Made by a program: the position numbers and the translations under genes | In this document: in pieces, positions 51,191-64,000 of the stretch | Layout: the number at the start of each line of letters is the position of its first letter | Position numbering within the stretch: the stretch's first letter is position 1 | Notes under the pieces: generated by a model | The model's input: only the letters and a program-made list of their open reading frames with translations | Database searches by the model: none | What the model was told of the DNA's origin: nothing | Source: Anolis carolinensis | Lineage: Eukaryota | Length of the DNA: 64,000 bases | Assembly: GCF_035594765.1 (NCBI RefSeq) | Contig: NC_085845.1 | Span: forward strand, 38,248,024 to 38,312,023 | Reading direction: 5' to 3'

Positions 51191-52189
51191 CTCAAGTGCG
51201 CCCCCACAGGATGGCGCTCCAGGCAAATGCCTAGTTTGCCTCGCCGTTGAACCGCCTCTGGTCCCGGTGGTGATGGGCACATTGGGTGCCGTGCCAAAAG
51301 ATCTCAGCCGGCATTTGGAAACAATAGACATTGACAAAATTACGATCTGCCAACTGCAAAAGGCCACCCTGCTGGGATCTGTGCGCATCATCCGAAAATA
51401 CATCACACAGTCCTAGACACTTGGGAAGTGTTCGACTTGTGATTTTGTGATATGAAATCCAGCATATCTATCTTGTTTGCTGTGTCATAATAAAATAATC
51501 TATTATAATAATAATAATAAATCTGAAGCTCTTTCACTTGACTAGAGATTTGTGTCACTTGAAAGTTTAATGGAACAGCCATTTCATGAAGATAGAGATC
51601 TTTAAAACTAAACATAAGAGAGATTCTTATTTTTGGTTAATAGTGCTACTTCCCAAATCCCTCTACTACAGAACACATATATATTTTAGAGAACAACAGT
51701 ATAAAAAGCAATGGATAAAGGGTCAGAGTCTCTTCTAGAACTATTTTAACCAAACTGTAACACCTGCCAAATCCTCTCTTCAATTATCAGCCTTGAGCAA
51801 TCAGCCAGCTACTTGATAATTAATGGAAATAGAGGGGAAAGCACTTCAAGGGCTTTAAAATATTCTGGCTGATGGTTTCATGTATAAAATCAAATTAGCT
51901 ATTCTACTGTTAATCATGTTGTCTACACACCTCCATAATAAACTCTATAGCTCAGTACTCGTATATTTCAGGAACAAAGCAGTTACGTAGCTCTGATTAT
52001 TTTTTCACTTAGAATTTATATGTAAATGCACCAATTTGGATTGCAAAATTGAAATTAGATGCAGGATTTGGAAAGGCAAAAACCTTCCATAAACACAATT
52101 TTTGCAGTGTGTGCAAAAGTGTCCTATGCACTTTTCGTGAGGAACTAGTCCCATGGGTTCATATCAGAATCTCTGAGGGTGCTTTCTGA

Positions 52190-52875
52190 CAGCTGCATCT
52201 GTACCTTGAAAAGTCTGACTTGGCTATGGTGGTACATGCCTGAGTCACATCCAGACTGGATTATAGCAATGTGCTCTACATGGGGCTGCCCAGAAGAGCA
52301 TTCGGAAACTTTAACTGGTTCAAATGTCAGCTGCCAGATGGCTTACAAGTGCTGGATATAGGGAAAGAACTACCCCTCTCCTAAAACAACTGCACTGGTT
52401 GCCAGTTTGTTTCCAGGCACAATTCAAGGTGCTGGCTTTAGCCTCTAAAGCCCTAAATGGATTGGGCCGAGCCTACTTATCGGACCACATCTCCTCCTAC
52501 GAGCCCATATGAGCCCTGAGGTCATCAGGAGAGACCCATCTCAAGTGTGGCTGTTGGGAATGAGATAGAGAGCCTTCTTGGTAGTAGCACTGTGGCATGG
52601 AACTCCCTCCCTACAGAGGTTAGAATGACCCCTTCCCTGCTGTCATTTCGGAAGCAGGTTAAAACCTTTCTTTGGAAGCAAGCCTTCCCTGAAGAAGATT
52701 ACCTGATGGACAGATGTAGTGTTGTGCAATGTTTTAAATGTTTTAATTTGTTAATTGTTATGTGGGGTTTATGTTGTATTTTTGACTGTAACTGTTTGAT
52801 TTTATAGGTTGTAAGCCACTATGAGTCCCCTTGCAAGGAGAAAAGCGGGATAGAAATAAAATAAAATAAAATAAA
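52190..52875 (+). mobile_element. L2 3' fragment
   Basis: Encodes TTPLLKQLHWLPVCFQAQFKVL and AWNSLP. Tail GTAAGCCACTATGAGTCCCC...(AAAAT)n. Confidence 0.9.
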
Positions 52876-54061
52876 TTTTGGACTGTTGTAGACATGGTTT
52901 GCTGTTGGCTGAATGCATGTAATCGAGAATGGATTATGCATGCTTGAAACCAGTGACGCTGCTAAAATCCAGCATAACATCAATAAATATATATAATACT
53001 CACAAGCAGATGTACACTGAACCAGAGGCTAGCATACCATTTGCGTGTACAGAAACTATTTCAAAAGTTATACTGAATGTACACAAACATGGTAAGACCA
53101 GGCAAAATTTTGCCTTCCCCTATAAATCATTCAGACAGCACTGAATAGAACAGCTGCAGCAGAGTCCTATAGTCTTCTTAAAATGCATTTTGATGGGGAA
53201 TCTGTTCAACAAGTACAGAGGTGAAAAAAAAATACTTTTTATTGTCTATTCTACTGCTATATGGCTGTAACTAGAACTCTGATTCTCACAGTGGAATGAA
53301 AATGATGGCAATCAGAGCCTAGCTGAAACTATTCATTCTAGAGTCAAAGATGAAACTTCAGTATGCTCTACACTGCAGTATCTTTGAAAGAAACCATTCT
53401 GAGAAAGAAATCCCTGATTCACAGATTAAATACAGAAAGAGAAAATCTAAAATAAGGCTTGTTTTATGTTCACTCACAGCTGTGGTTCTAGCACATTCGA
53501 AATCCATTTCTATGCAGCAGTATGAATAGTCTATTGCTATAGCTAGCAAACACTGGAGTAATATAAGAATTTATAACCATTATGTTCTCCTGTTTATTAG
53601 CTTCCATTTGTGAGCTTCCTGAGTTGCATTATACATTTTAATACCATTTTATCCCAAGAATTTGTAGCACTTCAGCTACGTTTTTCTCCCAACGTGTATT
53701 TTTTTATATAGCCAGATTAAAGATTTGGGAGATATACTGATTCATTACATCTGCATATTTCATTAACTACCATAATTTTTAGTGGTTGAAATCTAATTGG
53801 GCAAGTGCTCTTGTCTGCAGTTGATACCATTCAAGCTATTCCTCATACTTCCTCTTGAATGAATGACAATCCATGTAAGTATTTCATTTATCTACTAGGC
53901 ATGTGCAATCCATTAAAGATTGTTCAAAAGTCATTACAAAACCAGGGATGCTGATGCTTCATTTCTAAAGTGTTTATAAAGTATACTTTGTGAAAAATGT
54001 GTTACTATAATTAAAGTAACAACATTTCATTACTATTTTGTTACAATAATTGTGCATGTGC

Positions 54062-54992
54062 CAAGCAGGGCCTCTCCAGATGATCTCAGAGATCTTGCTG
54101 GCTCATAGGAGGAAATACGTTCGGACAAGTAGATTGGGCCAGAACCGTTTAGGGCTTTATAGGTCAAAACCAGCACTTTGAATTGGGCTCGGTAACATAT
54201 CGGCAGCCAGTGGAGCTGGCTTAACAGGGGAGTGGTATGCTCCCTGTAAGCCGCCCCAGTTATTAATCTGCCTGCAGCCCGTTGTACTAGTTGGAGCTTC
54301 CAGGCCATCTTCAAAAACAACCCCACGTAGAGGGCATTGCAGTAGTTTAAACGGGATGTAACCAGAGCGTGGACCACCATGGCCAAGTCAGACTTCCCAA
54401 GGAACGGGCACAGCTGGCGCACAAGTCTGAGTTGTGCGAATGCTCCCCTGGCCATCGCCGAGACCTGGGATTTCAAGCTCAGCGATGAGTCCAGGAGAAC
54501 ACCCAGACTGCGGACCTTTGTCTTCAGGGGGAGTGCGACCCCTTCTAACACAGGCTGTAACCCTATATCCTGTTCGGCCTTACGACTGACCAGGAGGACC
54601 TCTGTCTTGTTTGGATTCAGTTTCAATCTGTTCACCCTCATCCAGTCTGACACAGCGGCCAGACACTGGTTCAGGACCTGAACAGCCTCCTTAGTGACAG
54701 GTAGGAAGGTGTGACAGAGCTGGACATATTATGCATACAGATGACACCGCACTCCAAAACTCCGGATGATCTCTCCCAACGGCTTCATGTATATGTTGGA
54801 CAACCTGGGGGACAGTACTGACCCCTGTGGGACCCCACAAGACAAAGGTTGTGGGGCCGAGCAGGTGTCCCCCAATGACACCATCTGGGTACGCCCCTCC
54901 AGGAAGGATCGGAGCCACTGCAAGACAGTGCCTCTGAGCCCCATCCCGGCAAGGTGTCCCAGAAGGATACTGTGATCGACGGCATCGAAGGG
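54062..54992 (-). mobile_element. L2 ORF2 reverse-transcriptase fragment (pseudogenised)
   Basis: [20 protein letters not shown], a CHLYA* disrupted YADD, and LKLNPNKTE...SRLNYCNALY. Confidence 0.93.
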
Positions 54993-55731
54993 CACTGATA
55001 GTCTGAGGCTGCCAGATAAGCATATAGTTGTGAGGAATTAAATATTTTATATGATATTATAACATAATTAACTATTAAAAAATCTCTTTCATGTCTAATA
55101 GGCATCTGTGGAGAAAATCATACCTTACCATAGACATTGTGATACTGTGCAGCATTCATTGTTTCTTTCTATAAAATAACAAAATAGGATGTATCTATTT
55201 AATGAAGCCTGTTTAATACTTAGAAAGAGGGTTCTCTCTTCAGCATTTTGACAGCATTTTAAGGGTATTTACCATCAGCAGTAAAAAAAGTTGTCAGAGA
55301 CAACATTTCTGGAGGCTATGCTAAACAGCATACTTTTATGTTTCTGGGGATAGGTTTTATACTATCTCTGTCTCCTCTGTGGTCTTATAACTTCTGATCA
55401 GGAATGATAGTTAACTGCCCTTTTTTATCCATCAGTGGTTGATGGGTTTTACTGACCTTGTGTACATGCACAATCAATATACAATTACATAAAAGTGAGA
55501 CTGGCCATCTGTACAGTACCATTAAATAACCAGTCACCTATAGCCAGAGGGTAACTGGCCACTGCTTTTCTGGCTATGTTCCATCAGATGATTGCTTTTT
55601 TGTCTTGTTCAGCATAATTAAGAAATGTTATACCAATCTTGTATGTTGTTTTTTATACCCTCTAGTTATGGCACTGGTTTACTATTTTCTCATATCAGAA
55701 TGATTTGTTAAGAGATTTTTGCTTTTGTATC

Positions 55732-56750
55732 AAATGCATCTTCTTCATCTTGGAAAGAAGTCACGAGTGGAGTGCCGCAGGGTTCCGTCCTGGGCCCGGT
55801 TCTGTTTAACATCTTTATTAACGACTTAGACGAAGGGTTAGAAGGCACGATCATCAAGTTTGCAGACGACACCAAATTGGGAGGGATAGCCAACACTCCA
55901 GATGACAGGAGCAGAATTCAAAATGATTTTGATAGATTAGAGAGATGGGCCGAAACAAACAAAATGTTCAACAGGGACAAATGCAAGATACTCCACTTCG
56001 GCAGAAAAAAACAGAATGCAAAGATACAGAATGGGGGATGCCTGGCTCGACAACAGTACATGTGAAAAAGATCTTGGAGTCCTTGTGGACAGCAAGTTAA
56101 ACATGAGCCAACAATGTGATGCGGCTGCTAAAAAAGCCAATGGGATTCTGGCCTGCATCAATAGGAGTATAGTGTCTAGATCCTGGGAAGATCCTGCTCC
56201 CCCTCTATTCTGCCTTGGTCAGACCACACCTGGAATTCTGTGTCCAATTCTGGGCACCACAATTGAAGGGAGATGTTGACAAGATGTAAGGTGACCAGAG
56301 GAGGGCGACTAAAATGATCAAGGGTCTGGAGAACAAGCCCTATGAGGAGCGACTTAAAGAACTAGGCATGTTTAGCCTGCAGAAGAGAAGGCTGAGAGGA
56401 GACATGATAGCTATGTATAAATATATGAGGGGAAGTCATAGGGAGGAGGGAGCAAGATTGTTTTCTGCTGCCCTGCAGACTAGGAAGTGGAACAATGGCT
56501 TCAAACTACAGGAAAGGAGATTCCAGCTGAACATTAGGAAGAACTTCCTCACAGTGAGGGCTGTTCGGCAGTGGAACTCTCTTCCCTGGACTGTGGTGGA
56601 GGCTCCTTCTTTGGAGACTTTTAATCAGAGGCTGGATGGCCATCTGTCGGGGATGCTTTGAATGCGATTTCCTGCTTCTTGGCAGGGGTTAGACTGGATG
56701 GCCCATGAGGTCTCTTCCAGCTCTACTATTCTATGATTCTATGATTCTGT
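55732..56750 (+). mobile_element. CR1 LINE, 5'-truncated (RT and C-terminus, frameshifted)
   Basis: [35 protein letters not shown] and an (ATTCTATG)n tail. Confidence 0.95.
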
Positions 56751-57794
56751 GGACACCCAGAATCAGACTGTAACCTCGTATTTCTTCACATAGAAAAAAT
56801 TTACTCGGTACTCCATAACATTTATTATATAACAAATAAAATAAATATCTGTTCCATCCACAGTACACAGAAACCCTTCTGTTTCAAACCACATTATGTT
56901 ATTTTCTTGAACTCTCAATCTGCTCAGCTCCCAAAACCCAGTTTCTGACAGATAAGGTTCCAAGTTATACGCTTTTCTCCATCCATCCCTCCTTCACAAC
57001 ATTCTCTTTCACAACTCATAAGACCTATTGGAACTCAATCTCTGGGCTCCTCCAGACCTGTCTCAAAATGCAGGACCTATCTCACTGTTACTAGAGGCAT
57101 CCAAAAGATGTCTCTGATAAAACTCAATTAATACTGAGAAAATCAAGTTTCTTTGGTTTACTCTACATTAATTAAATACCTCATTGGATTCTGGTCTTTA
57201 TTAAGGATCTGGCTCTAATGAGGTATTGGGCTTTTGGGGACTTATTCCTGGGATTGCTTCCACAGTCCTAGGAGTCAGTCCCCATAGCCATCCCGCTTCT
57301 TCGGGCTCCAAATAGTCTTCAGGATCCCCTTCCCCCAAGCCTCTTAAAATTTACCGAAAAGGATCCCTGGCAGCTCTGAAGCCTCCCCTCATGTCATACT
57401 GAGTGGAGGAAATGACACATGAGGAGACCGGGGGGGGGGGGATTTTCTTCCTCACCCCTTCCATTTCCTCAGGCATCATTTCCTCCATTCAGGACAATGA
57501 GAAGAGAGGCTTCATGGCTGCCAGGGAGCCCTTTCAGTAAGTTTTAGGGGCTAAATTCAGGGCTTGGGGTGAATTTCACCCCAAGCCACTATCCCAATTT
57601 CATGTAGCCACTCCTTAGGGAAAGCCTAGGATTTGGCTTGGGGGGTGGGGACTATAACCAAAGCTGGTTACTTTAATCTATTTCAATATTAGTTATGTCT
57701 GGAAGGGCACTTCATTGCAGTATCTGGTTCCCAGATGAAATTATCCAAAACATTTTTATTTTTAAAATATGTTTTAAAATAAAAGAAACAGATT

Positions 57795-58113
57795 CAGTAG
57801 AGTCTCACTTATCCAACACTCACTTATCCAATGTTCTGGATTATCCAACACATTTTTGTAGTCAAAGTTTTCAATATATCGTGATATTTTGGTGCTAAAT
57901 TCGTAAATACAGTAATTACTACATAGCAGTAATGTGTAATGAACTACTTTTTCTGTCAAATTTGTTGTATAACACAATGTTTTGGTGCTTAATTTGTAAA
58001 ATCATAACCTATTTTGATGTTTAATAGGCTTTTTCTTAATCTCTTCTTATTATCCAACATATTTGCTTATCCAACGTTCTGCCGGCCCGTTTATGTTGGA
58101 TGAGACTCTACTG
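57795..58113. mobile_element. Tc1/mariner (Tigger-like) MITE, full length
   Basis: TIRs CAGTAGAGTCTCA / TGAGACTCTACTG|TA with internal TTATCCAAC repeats. Confidence 0.85.
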
Positions 58114-60761
58114 TAGTTGTGAATTTTGTTGCCCCCTTCCCAAGCAGAGGGCTTTGGTCGTGTTAATGTAGCAAAAGGGTGCAAACAAAGATGTAGGGAT
58201 TTCGTATCAGGACATTATGGCAACAAGGATGCAGGTTTCTGGGATCATTGCCTGCTTAATGAGATTCTAAGTACTTTTCAGTCACAAGGGTATTTTTGAG
58301 TGAAACATCTGGGGAAAAGCAAACTGTAAAAAGGGTTGTCAATCGTTTGCTCCTACTAGGAGGTGGAATTTATTTTTTGCCCCATGTGAACCTGTGCTTC
58401 TATTAGGATACATGGAATTGAAGTTGGCAGACATGATGGTTCTTTCAAAAATATCTTCCCTTCCCTTCCCTTCTTTTAAAAGAAGCAGAAAATCTAGGTG
58501 GGCTCAGTTTAGATGAAAAGCTCATTGTGGGCGAGGAAGTCCGTTTCCAAGCAAAACAAGGGAAGGAAGTTCTGGAAAAACACCACCATATATCTGTCTT
58601 TCCCCCCACATATACCTTAGTGCAATCTCCCTCTGAATCGACTCTTTATAAATACCGCAAGTTTGCTCCCATATTCCCCATCTTTCACTCAATGAATCAA
58701 TCAGATAATGCTCTCATTTGGAAATGCTAATGCTCAGCTTTACATGGCAGTTAGTCAAGACACTGTGACAATTCTATTTAGCTTATGGTAAATATTTCAG
58801 TTTTAAAAAAATCCCTTTCCTTGCAAGCTTAATAAACTGTCACAGCAGCTGCAGCTGTGTAAAATGGATTTGAAATCCTCTTTAAATATTTTCATCTCTG
58901 GCTTTATATTGTTCATTGGTTGTTAAAGCTCTTTTGGATTTCTGGCACCTGCACCGAATATCCAGGAATCTCTGTCACAAAAAAAGAAATAAAAATAAAA
59001 ACCAGCATTTAAATTTTCCCAAGTTTTATTGGAAAGAGTGCTTCTAAAGTAAATGGAGGAGTGGATTTCAAGTTTCACCCCAAACTATTTTCTAGTACAG
59101 CAGGATTTTTTTTTAAAAAAGCAGTAAGATATTTTTATGCAATCTATTTAGTACCAGAACTATAGGTCAAGAGCTGCCCATTTCTGACAGGAATTGTGCA
59201 GGATAAATGTTCACTGTATGTCTTTAGGCTGAACTGAATGCGACTCAATATTCCTCAGGCTGGAATTTGTGAAAGAATGCCAGGGATTAGGTACAGAGCC
59301 TGTATAAGTTAATAACAAATACACTTTTCTTTGCATTTCTTCTGAAGTCAAATTTGAAGTTTTGGAGTATTTTTCTCAGAAAAAAGTAAAGAAACACCAT
59401 CTGTAAATTTAATTGATGAATGTCAAACAGTTTCCCATACCATTGTATGTAGTGCTGGATTTTGTGAATGTTTGGATAATGTATTTTTCATTGTATGTTG
59501 GGAATAATGTTACAAGCCTATAATATAAAGTACTAATGTTTGCATAGAAACGAGAATTGGATTATCAAAGGAATGCCTAAATCCATCTGCGCATTTGGCT
59601 ACACAGTTCAATTTCGGAACTTCCTAGCATAGTGAGGGCATTGTCAGGGCATTCACACAACCTTTTCCAAGAAATATCACTTCAAGAATGTAAATCATGC
59701 TTTCATAATTTTTGAGTTTTTAAATCTAATCTATTAGGCTTTATTGGAATCCAAATAACAATTACAACACTATAGTGGATAATTAACCTGGCTCAAGAGT
59801 TTATGGCTTGAGTTGATACTAACTGTAGGATTCAGCAGTCTCTTTTGCTGTCTTATGCTGAATATTCCCAAATTTTGGTAATTTCCATTATAGTGGCTGC
59901 TGCTGTTATTATAATGATTATTTTATTATGATGGATGAGCATCACAGTGCCTGTGGTTACCAACATATTTCCTAGTTAATTTCTTTCTGCAAAGTGTGTT
60001 ATAGCCACTAAAAAGCTCAGGAATGTCTGTACAAGTTGAAGCAAACAATTGTTATGTTCTAAATATTGTGTATTTTTGGATATATGGCAAATACTCCAGT
60101 GATTTAAAGCTCTAAAAAGCCTTTTCACATTGAGAATTCTGTCCAATGCTTATATAGGTCTTTTCTGCTATTTGCCTGGGTCCTTTTAATCCTTATCAAA
60201 TATTTAGTGGGACCTACTGTCATCTACAAAACATTAAAAAATCACTAAATTTAAACCAAAAAGTAGATACATCAGTCACTGTGTAGCTATAAAGGATCTC
60301 TTTAAGAACATTCTCAGGATTACTGATGCTTCACTAAAACCTTTCCCTGTGTCCTACTTGTTTGAAGACTCTCTTAGAAGTATATTGCTTTACATTCTCT
60401 AGATTGGTTTCGAGAAAGAAATCTTTCTAAGGAGATCTTCCTTCCTTCAGAAATGACTAAAGTAAACACTAGAAAATACAAAATATGAAGTAATATACGG
60501 AGGCATCATTATACTTCTTAACCATGAGTATTTGATATTTTAGTTAGGTGTTTATGTGATATCCCCATTTAAAAAATATATAATGCTTGCAAGGTAAAAT
60601 TAAAGCAAAAGTTAAGATCTTAATTTGGCATAATCCAAGTAGCACGGGCAATTTGTCTGCCATGCAATGTCCATTGGAATATGTGAGAGACAGCAGTGAA
60701 CTTGAAAGCATAGTAGTAAATTAGCAATGTAGAAGGTCAACAACAACATGCCCTATATATT

Positions 60762-60837
60762 TGTTGTTTATTCGTTCAGTCGTTTCCGACTCTTCGTGAC
60801 CTCATGGACCAGCCCATGCAAGAGCTTCCTGTTGGAA
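60762..60837 (-). mobile_element. RTE/BovB-type 3'-terminal fragment
   Basis: TTCAGTCGTTTCCGACTCTTCGTGACC tail, flanked by GCCCTATATATTTG / GCCCTATATATATTTG (TSD-like). Confidence 0.75.
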
Positions 60838-61049
60838 GCCCTATATATATTTGCACATAAACACAGGCTCTAGCAGTGAAAAGAAGTAGCTCAATCTTCT
60901 TTGTAAAACATGAGAGCAATTATACTTACAATACTTTTTCTTAATCAAATTCATGGCTTAAAAAAGGAAAAGAGAGGGAAGAAGAAAGAAAGCGGCAGGT
61001 TAGAGTGAAGCATGAAAAGTACCCTATGTCCGTCTATGAATTTTTGTTA

Positions 61050-61413
61050 AAAATAACCCCCAAAACGAGGGCTGACTTACCCATGGATCAGTGTCAGTAC
61101 TGTACCACAACTCTTAGTAAAAAAAGAATGAACCCTTCTTTGAGTAGAGTGGCAAAAGGCAAGAGCTTAGTATGTCCCAGAAAAATGTAAAAGAAACATT
61201 GACATCCTGTATTTTCTTTACCATGGCATCACTTCTGGTCTTTTTGAAGACCTGGGTGGGGAAATGGTATCAATAGCCTGAGGTGGCATGGGAGCTTTCC
61301 CCTCTTTGTGGAATGAGCATGAACTTATCAGCAAGTTATATCCCAATCCATATTTTTGACTTCATAACCTATCCTTGATTTACGAGAATTCAACTTATAT
61401 ATGAGTACATATG
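61050..61413. mobile_element. Tc2-like non-autonomous element
   Basis: Homologous to 13055-13420, with the end CAACTTATATATGAGTACATATG. Confidence 0.6.
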
Positions 61414-63358
61414 ATTGCTATGGATAATCAAATGAACAAGACATTGCCATAAATGCATGCTGTGTCTAAGTTTCTATGAAGTAACATACAAAAATGTCAA
61501 CCACAAAAAATTTAAGTGTAAGAGAAGTTTTGTTCAAATTATAAATATGGAAGTTCATAACCAATTCATTATTGGCCCAACCCCTGTGTGCAAGCAATAA
61601 ACAGTCAGTTGAAATGTCAAGAATTATGACTCAGGATTGTCATTGTCTGTAGATTTGTTCTGTTGATGCTGATGCATCGAAAGACAAGGAAGGAGAAATG
61701 TAACTTTCATCTTATGTTCAATATGCCAAAAACAGGCATTTTGATTTGACAGTTTTAGGTTTGCAGCATTTCCAGTACACTAATTTTAAGGGTTTTTAAA
61801 GGCCTTATTTTAAAGATGTAAGACTCACTAAGCCAAGACAGTTTGGGTGTGGGTGTGCAAGTGCATCTTGGCGAGAGAAAAGGGGAATTATGATTTGTTT
61901 GGGAAAGTTTGAGTCTGTGTGGGGCTGAAAATGCAATTATTTGACAGCCAGGATTTTGAATGTTGTTTGGCAGGTGAATGTATAAGACCTCATTTTATAC
62001 ATTGGTTTCAGCAAACCAAATTGTTGCTGGTAAATTTTTTTCAGTCAGAAGGTGTCAACTGTATTTCTTCAGTTTCTCTCGAACATTTATTTTTTTGTGA
62101 AGTACAGACACCAACAGAAGGATAGTGGGGCATTTGTAGTGAAGGTGTTGCGATTCAGCCCCATTTTTGGGCACATTTACACTGACCACTTAAGGTGGGA
62201 TAAAATCAACTGTGAAGGAAGCAAATCAAATGTCGAATCGATTACATGTGAAGCCCTGGAATTGGTTCAAGGTCTGGGTGGTGCTTATATGCACTGGAAA
62301 GGACAGCTGATCTGGTTCTAGGATCAGTAGTATATGTGGCTTCATTTTCCCCCTTAACTCCCTGCCTCAATGTGCATTTACAGAACACCAGAGCACCTAT
62401 TTGTTAATCAGTTTTGCCATGTAATGTGGATTACACCAACACACACTGATGTGCATTATTGGCTCCATTTCAGAACATTCCCTGATTTTGCTTTCTCCCT
62501 GTTTAAAGCCTTTAATTGCATTGCTATGTGCTATGATGCTATGCATTAAGTGGTCAATGTAGATATGCCCCTTGCGGTAATGTGACTAGCTCCACACAAT
62601 GTAAATTGTTATCAATTTGTAATTCTTTGCCTCCTCCTCCGTGGGCCCAATCAGAACAGAATGGGGACTAGTTGTTTATGATATCATTGTACCTCTGATC
62701 CATGTGTTGCATTCTTGCAAACATTACAGTCTTGGCAGGAATTGAGTCTCTATAATCTCAGCAGAATCTTTGACAAATATAATGCGTATATAGTGAGATG
62801 CTGAGTTCCTTGACAGGAATTAACACTCAAAAGATGAGAGTGATTTTTTTCAGCAATCTGTAAATTAGGTCAAAGAAATAATCTCTCTTTAAGAAATGAC
62901 TGAGACTTATTTAGATGAAAATATACAAACACCTCAATAAAACTGTGAGTTTGAGAAATTAGGCTATTTCCTTTTAAAATTTGTTTCATGATGATATGTT
63001 ATATACATGTTTCAGGCGGTAAAGGAAAAATATAAGGTGCAAATGACATTCAACTGTTGTAAAATGCTTTGTAAAACAAAGTTACTTTGATTCTTTCTTT
63101 TTTTCTTTATACACAGATCCAATCAACAGTATATGTGCATTTTTGTTCATGCTTTGCTTCCAAAACTTCACATTTTGTAAACAAAATGCAAAATGCAGAA
63201 AATAATATTTATAATAATAATATTTATAATAATAATAATGACACATGTGAATTTTATGCAGAGTAAGTCTCCAGTTGTCAATAGGCTTCAAACTTGTGTG
63301 GTTTTCATAAGGAGAAGAAAGTTTTTAAAATATTCTGCTTGCTTTGAGAACAAACTTT

Positions 63359-63489
63359 GGGTGCATCTGTACATTCTTTTGGAGAGAAGACAAAAGAGAT
63401 AGTAAAACTACATTTCCCATGGTTCTATATTGAGCCATGACAGTTAAAGATGTGTCACATTGCATTAATTCTACAGTGTAGATGCACTC
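63359..63489. mobile_element. Harbinger-like MITE, internally deleted
   Basis: GGGTGCATCT...TTCTACAGTGTAGATGCACTC termini. Confidence 0.65.
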
Positions 63490-64000
63490 TCATTGATGAA
63501 TTACATCTTTTATCATCACACCATATCAAATTTAAATGTCTTCTTCCTCTAGCCTCTTTATATCACCACTGATTTTCATCAGCTATACATATGAGGCCTA
63601 CACACAACTAATTTTATGTAAGGGTGTAAATCCTCACCTAATTTATAAATAAATTTGAAGTCTTTTATTCCAGCTTTGCAAACTTCAAAGCTTTCTGCAT
63701 TAAACTTTTTAGAGCTTTTGATATTTGAGGACTTTCTTAGGAATATTATTTTTCAGAAAAAATGTGTATGGTTTTTCCATTTGGAAACCTCAACAAAATG
63801 CACCAAAAAAGCTATTTCTTACACACATGATATGCACAGTTTATGTACAGAAAAAGTATATTTATTCACTCTGCGCAAATTGGTGTTTTGTGAGCCGAGA
63901 AACCATCTATGTTTCAGTGCAGGAGTTTTCCCCAATAACATCCTGAAATGAAGAGAAACATATGAATATTGTCCTTTTTTTCCAGCAAGGTACCTTGAAT

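Larger units (their letters stand above)
48169..51260 (+). mobile_element. 3.09-kb composite non-autonomous hAT element (Pack-TIR-like) carrying captured DNA
   Basis: TIRs CAGAGCCGG / CCGCCTCTG and a perfect 8-bp TSD GTCCCGGT (48161-48168, 51261-51268). The ends are related to 16643-16932 and there is no transposase. Confidence 0.88.
47981..51520 (+). mobile_element. R4/Dong 3' fragment split in two (47981-48168 and 51261-51520) by a hAT insertion
   Basis: IIDVAIPGDSRID...PVQVVPV continues after 51261 as VMGTLGAVPKDLSRHLE. The 3'UTR is nearly identical to 18186-18275. Flanked by TAA repeats. Confidence 0.92.

Noticed and set aside
50425-51406. Overlapping 110-226-aa ORFs on both strands
   Set aside because: These are expected in stop-poor GC-rich DNA and include a (GA)n-encoded RERE run and antisense R4 sequence. 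No recognisable protein.

Overview
This window is AT-rich vertebrate genomic DNA, almost certainly squamate. Sauria SINEs, a 5S-derived SINE, R4/Dong, CR1, L2, Penelope, BovB, Chapaev and several MITE families point to an Anolis-type lizard (inference). I recognise no host protein-coding exon: every interpretable ORF is a retroelement or transposase fragment, so the window reads as intergenic or deep-intronic. The most striking structure is a 3.09-kb non-autonomous hAT-type element (48169-51260) with terminal inverted repeats and a perfect 8-bp TSD (GTCCCGGT) that splits a young R4/Dong LINE. It carries a mosaic of other repeats, including a Penelope hammerhead-ribozyme motif, and a ~1.1-kb CpG-rich, promoter-like segment, so it looks like a Pack-TIR-like capture element. 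A 290-bp sibling lies at 16643-16932. Other patterns are both R4/Dong copies sitting in (TAA)n tracts grown from L2 tails, two hAT MITEs inserted into terminal repeats of Harbinger-like MITEs, several solo LTRs, and two local duplications. Family names come from recognising motifs by eye, not from database searches.
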